IMG/VR virus record: IMGVR_UViG_649989946_000003 | Source: a virus | Lineage: Duplodnaviria > Heunggongvirae > Uroviricota > Caudoviricetes | DNA: 35,240 bases | Reading direction: 5' to 3' (one strand) | Shown: positions 27,428-35,240 of the stretch, piece by piece | Position numbering within the stretch: position 1 is the stretch's first letter | Layout: each line of letters opens with the position of its first letter | Position numbers and translations under genes: made by a program | The notes under the pieces: generated by a model | Told to the model about the DNA's origin: nothing | What the model saw: the letters and a program-made list of their open reading frames with translations, nothing else | Database searches by the model: none

Positions 27428-30400
27428 TAATAACCTGCGCCTGCAGGTCATTCTTAATGCGGTTGACAAACTCACCCGCCCATTCCGTGCTGCACAGGCC
27501 AGTTCGAAAGAGCTGGCTGGCGCAATCAGAAACTCCCGTGACGCATTAAAGCAACTCAATCAGGCGGGTAACAGCCTGGAAAAATTTCGCAAGCTGCAGG
27601 CCGATAACAAAAAGTTAGGCGACAGGCTGAACTATGCCAGACAGAAGGCAAATTTGCTTAGTTCTGAGCTGGAAGCGATGGAACAACCATCACAACGGCA
27701 CCTTGTGGCTTTAGGTCGGCAAACGCTGGCAGTCCAACGCCTGGAAGAACAACAAAAATATTTGCAGAAGCAAACGGCGCTTGTGCGTGCAGAACTGTAC
27801 CGGGCGGGAATTTCTGCGAAAGATGATGCGGGAGCAACTGCCCGTTTAGCCCGTGAAACATCACGTTATAACCAGGAACTGTCGAAACAGGAGGCGCGGC
27901 TGAAGCGACTGGGGGAAGCTCAGCGCAGGATGAATGCAGCGCGTGCCAGTTATGCCCGTTCGCTGGAGGTGCGCGATCGCATCGCAGGAACCGGAGCCAC
28001 CACCACGGCGGCAGGGCTGGCAATGGGGACGCCAGTGATGGCGGCAGTAAAAAGCTATACCAGCATGGAAGATGCCATGAAAGGTGTGGCAAAGCAGGTC
28101 AATGGTCTGCGTGACGATAATGGCAACCGCACTGCACGTTTTTATGAAATGCAGGATGCCATCAAAGCTGCCAGCGAACAGTTGCCGATGGAAAACGGTG
28201 CGGTGGACTTCGCTGCACTGGTTGAAGGTGGTGCGCGTATGAACGTTGCAAACCCTGACGACAGCTGGGAGGACCAGAAACGTGACCTGCTGGCCTTCGC
28301 CAGTACGGCGGCAAAGGCGGCAACAGCCTTTGAGCTGCCAGCGGATGAACTGTCAGAAAGTCTGGGGAAAATCGCCCAGCTCTACAAAATCCCTACCCGC
28401 AATATTGAACAGCTCGGTGATGCGCTGAACTATCTGGATGATAACGCCATGTCGAAAGGGGCAGACATCATTGATGTCATGCAACGCCTGGGCGGTGTGG
28501 CTGATCGTCTGGATTATCGTAAAGCGGCGGCGCTGGGTTCCACCTTCCTGACACTGGGCGCTGCGCCAGAGGTTGCAGCCAGTGCAGCAAACGCGATGGT
28601 GCGTGAATTGTCCATTGCCACCATGCAGAGCAAGAGTTTCTTTGAAGGGATGAATCTGCTGAAACTCAATCCTGAAGTGATTGAAAAGCAGATGACGAAG
28701 GATGCGATGGGAACCATCCAGCGCGTGCTGGAGAAGGTGAACGCGCTGCCGCAGGATAAGCGCCTGTCTGCCATGACCATGTTGTTTGGTAAAGAGTTTG
28801 GCGATGACGCGGCGAAACTGGCAAACAACCTGCCGGAACTGCAGCGCCAGCTAAAACTGACAGCGGGCAATGATGCGCTCGGTTCCATGCAGAAAGAATC
28901 CGACATCAACAAAGACTCACTTTCTGCTCAGTGGTTGCTGGTCAAAACCGGAGCGCAGAACACCTTCAGCAGCCTGGGCGAAACGCTGCGCCAGCCGCTG
29001 ATGGATATTCTGTTCACGGTGAAAAGCGTCACGGGGGCGTTGCGTCGCTGGGTGGAAGCTAACCCGGAACTGACGGGCACACTGATGAAAGCGGCGGCTG
29101 TTGTGGCTGCGGTTACCGTGGGCCTCGGCACCTTAGCGGTGGTGTTAGCTGCAGTGCTGGGGCCGCTGGCAGTGATCCGTCTGGGGTTCTCTGTGCTGGG
29201 TATCAAAACGTTACCTTCCGTTACGGCAGCAGTAACTCGAACCAGCAGCGCGTTGTCCTGGCTGGCTGGCGCACCACTGGCACTGCTGCGACGCGGGCTT
29301 GCTTCATCGGGCCACGCTGCGGGTTTACTTACTGCGCCGTTGTCGTCTTTGCGCCGCACGGCATCACTGACGGGAAATGTCCTGAAAACTGTAGCAGGTG
29401 CGCCGGTTGCACTTTTGCGGTCTGGATTATCCGGTTTACGTGCTGTTGCTGTGATGTTTATGAATCCTCTGGCGGTACTGCGTGGTGGACTGGCCGCCGC
29501 AGGCACGGTGCTGCGAGTACTGGCATCTGGTCCACTGGCGATGCTGCGCGTTGCCCTGTATGCCGTATCTGGTCTGTTAGGTGCTCTGCTCAGTCCGATA
29601 GGTCTTGTGGTTACTGCACTGGCGGGCGTGGCGCTGGTTGTCTGGAAATACTGGCAACCCATCACCGCATTTCTTGGTGGCGTGGTGGAAGGATTCAAAG
29701 CGGCGGCAGGTCCCGTCAGTGCAGCATTCGAACCGCTTAAGCCCGTGTTCCAGTGGATTGGCGACAAAGTACAGGCGCTGTGGGGCTGGTTTACTGATCT
29801 GCTGACGCCCGTTAAGTCAACCTCTGCCGAACTGCAGAGTGCAGCGGCAATGGGGCGGCGATTCGGGGAGGCACTGGCGGAAGGGCTGAATATGGTCATG
29901 CATCCGCTGGACTCCCTGAAATCCGGCGTTTCCTGGTTGCTGGAGAAACTCGGCGTTGTCAGTAAAGAGGCCGCAAAGGCGAAACTACCGGAAAGTGTGA
30001 CGCGTCAGCAACCTGCGACGGTGAATACAAACGGTAAAGTGATGATGCCATCGGGTGGTTTTCCGTCATGGGGATATGGCATTGCGGGGATGTATGACAG
30101 CGGCGGCTATATCCCGCGCGGGCAGTTTGGCATCGTCGGTGAAAACGGGCCGGAAATTGTTAACGGCCCGGCAAATGTGACCAGCCGGAGAAATACAGCT
30201 GCACTGGCTGCCGTTGTTGCCGGAATGATGGGCGTTGCTGCCGCGCCTGCAGAGCTTCCACCGTTGCATCCTTTGGCACTTCCCGCGAAAGGCGGCGAAG
30301 CGATGGTGAGTCGTGCAGCCACTGTGCCGCCCGTTTACAGGATTGAGGCACCGACGCAGATCATCATTCAGATGCAGCCAGGACAAAGTGCGCAGGATAT

Positions 30401-30497
30401 TGCGCGGGAGGTGGCACGCCAGCTTGATGAACGTGAACGCAGGCTGAAGGCAAAAGCCAGGAGTAACTACAGCGATCAGGGGGGATACGACGCATGA
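27420..30497 (+). CDS. T: tail tape measure protein
   Basis: 1025 aa, Ala/Leu-rich, coiled-coil-like N-terminus, internal degenerate repeats, directly downstream of E/E'. Confidence 0.9.
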   Translation: MSDNNLRLQVILNAVDKLTRPFRAAQASSKELAGAIRNSRDALKQLNQAGNSLEKFRKLQADNKKLGDRLNYARQKANLLSSELEAMEQPSQRHLVALGRQTLAVQRLEEQQKYLQKQTALVRAELYRAGISAKDDAGATARLARETSRYNQELSKQEARLKRLGEAQRRMNAARASYARSLEVRDRIAGTGATTTAAGLAMGTPVMAAVKSYTSMEDAMKGVAKQVNGLRDDNGNRTARFYEMQDAIKAASEQLPMENGAVDFAALVEGGARMNVANPDDSWEDQKRDLLAFASTAAKAATAFELPADELSESLGKIAQLYKIPTRNIEQLGDALNYLDDNAMSKGADIIDVMQRLGGVADRLDYRKAAALGSTFLTLGAAPEVAASAANAMVRELSIATMQSKSFFEGMNLLKLNPEVIEKQMTKDAMGTIQRVLEKVNALPQDKRLSAMTMLFGKEFGDDAAKLANNLPELQRQLKLTAGNDALGSMQKESDINKDSLSAQWLLVKTGAQNTFSSLGETLRQPLMDILFTVKSVTGALRRWVEANPELTGTLMKAAAVVAAVTVGLGTLAVVLAAVLGPLAVIRLGFSVLGIKTLPSVTAAVTRTSSALSWLAGAPLALLRRGLASSGHAAGLLTAPLSSLRRTASLTGNVLKTVAGAPVALLRSGLSGLRAVAVMFMNPLAVLRGGLAAAGTVLRVLASGPLAMLRVALYAVSGLLGALLSPIGLVVTALAGVALVVWKYWQPITAFLGGVVEGFKAAAGPVSAAFEPLKPVFQWIGDKVQALWGWFTDLLTPVKSTSAELQSAAAMGRRFGEALAEGLNMVMHPLDSLKSGVSWLLEKLGVVSKEAAKAKLPESVTRQQPATVNTNGKVMMPSGGFPSWGYGIAGMYDSGGYIPRGQFGIVGENGPEIVNGPANVTSRRNTAALAAVVAGMMGVAAAPAELPPLHPLALPAKGGEAMVSRAATVPPVYRIEAPTQIIIQMQPGQSAQDIAREVARQLDERERRLKAKARSNYSDQGGYDA
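29260..29570 (+). repeat. degenerate tandem coding repeats within the tape measure gene
   Basis: About five copies of a roughly 21-aa unit with core (A/G)PLAxLRxGL. Confidence 0.45.
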
Positions 30498-30979
30498 TGA
30501 TGGTGCTGGGATTGTACGTGTTTATGCTGCGCACCGTTCCGTATCAGGAACTGCAGTATCAACGCAGTTGGCGACATGCGGCAAACAGCCGGGTAAACCG
30601 TCGTCCGTCCACGCAGTTTCTGGGACCGGACAACGACATGCTGACGCTTTCTGGTGTTCTTATGCCGGAGATAACGGGCGGCAGGCTGTCGTTGCTGGCT
30701 CTGGAGCAGATGGCAGAACAGGGAAAAGCATGGCCCCTGATTGAAGGCAGCGGCACGATTTACGGCATGTATGTGATTGAGGGACTGAATCTGACTAAAA
30801 CGGAGTTTTTCCGCGACGGTATGCCGCGGCGGATTGAGTTCACCCTGTCGCTCAAACGGGTGGATGAATCCCTGTCCGATATGTTCGGTGATCTCAGTAC
30901 GCAACTGAATAATCTGCAGGACACGGCAACATCTGCCTTAAGTGATATCAGTAAAACGGTGGGAGGGCTGCTGTCGTGA
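30494..30979 (+). CDS. U: tail protein U
   Basis: 161 aa overlapping the T stop; P2 gpU size and position. Confidence 0.85.
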   Translation: MMMVLGLYVFMLRTVPYQELQYQRSWRHAANSRVNRRPSTQFLGPDNDMLTLSGVLMPEITGGRLSLLALEQMAEQGKAWPLIEGSGTIYGMYVIEGLNLTKTEFFRDGMPRRIEFTLSLKRVDESLSDMFGDLSTQLNNLQDTATSALSDISKTVGGLLS

Positions 30980-32076
30980 ATTTCAGCTCTGAACTGCTTA
31001 ACAAAGGCAACAAAACTCCCGCATTCAGCATCAGTATTGAGGGCAGGGATATCACCACTGTGCTGGATAACCGCCTGATGAGGCTGACGCTGACGGATAA
31101 CCGGGGCTTTGAAGCGGACCAGCTTGATCTGGAGCTGGACGACGCCGATGGAAAAATAGCGCTGCCGCGCCGTGGTGCGGTCATTACGCTGGCGCTGGGC
31201 TGGAAGGGGCAGCCGCTTTTCCCGAAAGGGGCATTCACGGTGGACGAGATTGAACACACTGGCGCACCGGACCGCCTGACTATCCGGGCGCGAAGTGCTG
31301 ATTTTCGTGAAACGCTGAATACCCGCCGTGAAAAGTCGTGGCACAAGACCACTGTCGGGGAAGTGGTCAAGGAAATAGCCGCGCGTCACAAGCTGAAGAT
31401 GGCACTGGGTAATGACCTGTCGGATAAGCCCGTGGAACATATAGACCAGACTAATGAGAGTGACGGCAGTTTTCTGATGCGGCTGGCGCGCCAGTACGGT
31501 GCTATCGCGTCAGTGAAAAATGGCAATCTGTTATTCATCCGACAGGGACAGGGTAAAAGTGCCAGCGGTAAACCACTGCCGGTGATCACTATCACACGTA
31601 AGGACGGCGACAGTCACCGCTTTACCCTGGCAGATCGCGGAGCTTACACGGGCGTAATTGCCAGCTGGTTGCATACTCGCGAACCCTCGAAGAAAGAAAG
31701 CACCACGGTGAAGCGTAAGCGCAGGACTAAGAAGCAGAAGAAAGAGCCGGAAGCGAAGCAGGGCGATTACCTGGTGGGTACGGATGAAAACGTGCTGGTA
31801 CTTAATCGCACTTATGCCAACCGGAGCAACGCCGAACGAGCGGCGAAAATGCAGTGGGAACGCCTGCAACGCGGCGTTGCGTCATTCTCGCTACAACTGG
31901 CGGAAGGTCGGGCAGATCTCTACACGGAAATGCCAGTGAAAGTCAGTGGCTTTAAACAGCCGATAGATGATGCGGAATGGACCATTACGACTCTGACGCA
32001 TACCGTCAGCCCGGATAACGGTTTTACGACCAGTCTGGAGCTTGAAGTGAGGATTGATGATTTCGAAATGGAATGA
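30976..32076 (+). CDS. D: tail protein D (late control gene D)
   Basis: 366 aa, GTG start with GGGAGGG RBS, overlaps the U stop; P2 gpD position. Confidence 0.9.
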   Translation: MNFSSELLNKGNKTPAFSISIEGRDITTVLDNRLMRLTLTDNRGFEADQLDLELDDADGKIALPRRGAVITLALGWKGQPLFPKGAFTVDEIEHTGAPDRLTIRARSADFRETLNTRREKSWHKTTVGEVVKEIAARHKLKMALGNDLSDKPVEHIDQTNESDGSFLMRLARQYGAIASVKNGNLLFIRQGQGKSASGKPLPVITITRKDGDSHRFTLADRGAYTGVIASWLHTREPSKKESTTVKRKRRTKKQKKEPEAKQGDYLVGTDENVLVLNRTYANRSNAERAAKMQWERLQRGVASFSLQLAEGRADLYTEMPVKVSGFKQPIDDAEWTITTLTHTVSPDNGFTTSLELEVRIDDFEME

Positions 32077-32166
32077 TTCTTCGCAATGGAGAACTTTTAA
32101 GTTTGCAAAATGGAATAATGCGGTATCATTATTGTGAATTTAGCAAAAATGGGGAGAACTCGAAAA

Positions 32167-32385
32167 ATGATGATTTGCCCACTGTGTGGAAGTGCCGCCC
32201 ATACTCGCAGCAGTTTTCAGGTATCTTCATTGACCAAAGAGCGTTACAACCAGTGCCAGAATATTAACTGCAGCCATACTTTTGTTACCCATGAAACTTT
32301 TGTTCGTTCGATTGCAACGCCAAAAGAGTCAAATCCGGTTCAGCCGCATCCAATGAAATCAGGACAGGTGGCGCTCTCTCTTTGA
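32167..32385 (+). CDS. ogr: Ogr/Delta-family zinc-finger late transcription activator
   Basis: CPLCGSAAHTR...KERYNQCQNINCSHTF closely matches my recollection of P2 Ogr (CPLCQHAAHAR...KERYHQCQNVNCSATF). Last phage gene before the host junction. ATG at 32167 or 32170. Confidence 0.85.
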   Translation: MMICPLCGSAAHTRSSFQVSSLTKERYNQCQNINCSHTFVTHETFVRSIATPKESNPVQPHPMKSGQVALSL

Positions 32386-32464
32386 CGCTGCCGCCATTTT
32401 GTCGCCATCGTTAAAAAACAGTGCTTCTAACCTCATGATTTTAAATAGAATAAATTTTAGGCAA

Positions 32465-32508
32465 CAAAAAACCCATCAACCTTGAACCGAAATGGCGGGG
32501 TTGATGGG
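32465..32508 (-). terminator. rho-independent terminator candidate for ybjL, at or near the prophage/host junction
   Basis: 10-bp stem CCCATCAACC / GGTTGATGGG (32472-32481 / 32499-32508) with a structured loop, followed on the minus strand by a U6 tract. Confidence 0.45.
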
Positions 32509-32620
32509 CTCCACAAAATGGGGACATCAAAGAAAAGCAGTGGCACTAATTAAGACTGATGCCCTGCGGAAAAGTTCTGCGGTTGTGCAAAAAAATTTCA
32601 TTTTCAGGGCAACTTCAGTT

Positions 32621-34306
32621 TTATCCTAATCCTGGCCATACCATGACGATGATTGTCCCTGCCAGCGTCAGCAGGACGTTGGCGATTGCATAGGTGCCCG
32701 CATAGCCCAGCGCCGGGATGTTACTGCGAGCTGTATCACTGATGATCTCCATTGCCGGCGCGCAGGTACGTGCGCCCATCATTGCGCCGAACAACAGCGC
32801 GCGGTTCATTCGCAATACATAAGCACCGAACAAGAAACAGATAACCACGGGCACCAGACTGACAATCAATCCGGCAATCAACATCTGACCGCCAATCGCG
32901 CCCAAGCCGTTATTAATACCGCTACCGGCGCTCAGACCAACGCCTGCCATAAACACCATCAAGCCGAACTCTTTCACCATGCTTAATGCACCCTGCGGAA
33001 TGTAACCGAAGGTCGGGTGGTTAGCACGCATAAAGCCCAGCATAATTCCGGCGAATAACAACCCGGCAGCGTTCCCCATGCCGAAACTGAATGTGCTGAA
33101 CTGGAAGGTGATCATCCCGATCATCAGCCCAATAACAAAGAAGGCGCAAAATGCCAGCAGGTCAGTGACCTGGCTGTGAATCGAGATAAAGCCGATGCGA
33201 TCGGCGATGGTTTTTACGCGACGGGCATCACCGCTGACTTGTAAAACGTCACCTTTGTTAAGCACGACGTTGTCATCTATCGGCATCTCAATCTGGCTAC
33301 GAATGACGCGGTTAAGGAAGCAACCGTGATCGGTCAACTTCAGTTGTGCGAGACGTTTACCTACAGCGTTATGGTTTTTAACGACCACTTCTTCAGTGAC
33401 GATACGCATGTCGAGAAGGTCACGATCGAAAACTTCTTTACCGTTACGGAAGCTGGGATCGAGTCGGGCATGGGCGTCGGGATAGCCTACCAACGCTATT
33501 TCATCGCCCATTTGTAGCACGGCATCACCGTCTGGATTTGCCAGAATCCCGTTACGTCGAATACGTTCAATGTAGCAGCCGGTTTGTCGATAAATACCCA
33601 GTTCACGCAGATTTTTGCCGTCGGTCCAGGCCACCAGCTCCGGGCCGACGCGATAGGCGCGGATCACCGGTAAATAAACCTTACGGTTGGCATCAGTGTC
33701 CAGGCCACGTTCGCGGGCGATTTGCTGGGCGCTGGTCTGTAAGTCCTGATGCTGCAATTTCGGCAAGTAACGCGCACCAACAATCAAACTCACCAGACCG
33801 ATTAAATAGGTTAAGGCATACCCGAGGCTCAGATTATCCAGTGCCAGTGAGAGCTGCCTGCTTTCCATGCCGGAATGACGCAGTGTATCGCCAGCACCGA
33901 CCAGAACCGGTGTCGACGTCATAGAGCCTGCTAACATACCGGCCGTCAGGCCAATATCCCAGCCAAACAGCTTACCTAACCCTAAGGCGATCACCAGCGC
34001 ACTGCCAACCATCACCAGTGCTAACATTAGGTAATTTTTCCCATCGCGAAAAAAAATGGAAAAAAAGTTCGGTCCGGCTTCAACCCCAACACAGAAAATA
34101 AACAGCATAAAGCCAAGATTAAGCGCATCGGTGTTAATGCTGAAATGTTGTTGGCCTAATAACAGCGATACGACTAAAACGCCAATGGAATTACCCAGTT
34201 GGATCGAACCAAGTCGTAACTTTCCGAGACATAGCCCAAGCGCGAGGACCACAAATAATAACAGAATGTAATTCCCATTTAACAATTCGGCGACGTTTAT
34301 ATTCAC
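32621..34306 (-). CDS. ybjL: host putative transporter YbjL (AAE-family permease with internal TrkA-C-like domains)
   Basis: 561-aa membrane protein recognised as E. coli YbjL ([30 protein letters not shown]...). Confidence 0.9.
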
Positions 34307-34575
34307 GGAGGCTAACTTCTTGTTTACTAGTAAGCTGTTGAAAGAAATGGTAATTTACGATAATGTTTTTTACCAGAATTCAGGGCGCAGATTCATTCAG
34401 CGCACCTAAACGATAGTAAAGTAACAATATATTTTACTAGTGTAATCACATTAGGTATCAACGGCTATATGAATTGCGTTGGCCTATATTAGCATGGAAT
34501 GCGAAGCGGCTTTATCTTACTGAACGCCACACTGGCGAAAAATGTGTTCGATAGACGCAGTGTCAGGAGGAACGA

Positions 34576-34953
34576 GTGAAACATAAACAACGTTGGGCGG
34601 GGGCAATCTGCTGTTTTGTCCTCTTCATTGTGGTGTGCCTTTTTCTGGCGACGCACATGAAAGGCGCTTTTCGGGCTGCCGGGCATCCTGAAATCGGCTT
34701 GCTATTTTTCATTCTTCCTGGAGCAGTCGCCAGCTTCTTTTCACAGCGTAGAGAAGTCCTGAAACCTCTTTTTGGCGCAATGCTGGCGGCACCCTGTTCG
34801 ATGCTCATTATGCGGCTGTTTTTTTCACCGACGCGCTCATTCTGGCAAGAGCTGGCATGGTTATTAAGTGCGGTGTTCTGGTGTGCGCTGGGGGCACTGT
34901 GTTTCTTATTTATCAGTAGTTTGTTTAAACCACAGCACAGAAAAAATCAGTAA
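34576..34953 (+). CDS. ybjM: host inner-membrane protein YbjM
   Basis: 125-aa hydrophobic protein between ybjL and grxA, as in E. coli K-12. Confidence 0.8.
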   Translation: MKHKQRWAGAICCFVLFIVVCLFLATHMKGAFRAAGHPEIGLLFFILPGAVASFFSQRREVLKPLFGAMLAAPCSMLIMRLFFSPTRSFWQELAWLLSAVFWCALGALCFLFISSLFKPQHRKNQ

Positions 34954-34973
34954 AGCCCTCAACGCGAGGGCTT
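34953..34973. terminator. bidirectional terminator hairpin between convergent ybjM and grxA
   Basis: AAGCCCTC aacgc GAGGGCTT, 8-bp stem; A-run upstream gives a U-tract for the minus-strand transcript. Confidence 0.5.
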
Positions 34974-34982
34974 GTCAGACGA

Positions 34983-35240
34983 TCAGGCGTCCAGATTTTC
35001 TTTCACCCATGCAGCAAAATCGGTATAGCCGCCGATATGTTGCTGATCGACAAAAATCTGCGGCACGGTTTCTACGGGTTTACCTGCCTTTTGTTGTAGA
35101 TCTTCTTTAGTGATCCCTTCCGCACGAATATCTACATAGTGATACTGAAAATCATCGTGTTCATTGCTCAATTTCTCAGCCAGATCTTTTGCACGCACAC
35201 AGTAAGGGCAACCCGGACGACCAAAAATAACGGTTTGCAT
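34983..35240 (-). CDS. grxA: glutaredoxin 1
   Basis: 85 aa with the CPYC active site (MQTVIFGRPGCPYCVRAKDLAEKL...), complete; start codon is the last 3 nt of the window. Confidence 0.9.
   Translation of the reverse strand: MQTVIFGRPGCPYCVRAKDLAEKLSNEHDDFQYHYVDIRAEGITKEDLQQKAGKPVETVPQIFVDQQHIGGYTDFAAWVKENLDA

Noticed and set aside
29260-29570. Periodic repeats in the tape measure gene as a possible CRISPR-like array
   Set aside because: The repeats are degenerate, in-frame and inside a long ORF with no spacer/repeat regularity.
28928-29899. 323-aa minus-strand ORF inside the tape measure gene
   Set aside because: Antisense to T; Ala/Pro/Ser/Thr-rich low-complexity translation typical of the reverse strand of an Ala-rich gene.
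30760-31440. 226-aa minus-strand ORF overlapping U and D
   Set aside because: Antisense to conserved tail genes with intact frames and RBSs; no independent support.

Overview
The window is almost entirely a P2/186-family temperate myovirus prophage (about 32.4 kb in view), with E. coli-type host flank on the right (ybjL, ybjM, grxA). The left prophage end is outside the window: the integrase gene runs off position 1. Gene order is int - small secreted peptide - 186-type cI | apl - cII - early ORFs - TraR-like - dam - replication protein A - cargo island with cos - Q P | O N M L X - lysis cassette - R S - V W J I H G - invertible tail-fibre segment plus Pin/Hin-like invertase - FI FII E/E' T U D - ogr - host. 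All calls rest on reading the translated ORFs and DNA motifs by eye; no database search was run. The most interesting region is the AT-rich cargo island between gene A and portal gene Q (about 7461-10277). It holds a perfect LexA box upstream of a small Tum-position ORF, a 386-aa protein with an HEPN-like Rx4H motif, a cos-like packaging site, and a TIR-domain protein wedged between cos and Q. I read this as a candidate, uncharacterised anti-phage/abortive-infection cargo locus. Also notable are single-nucleotide homopolymer frameshifts splitting both the invertase and the tail sheath gene, and a small secreted cysteine-rich peptide between int and cI.
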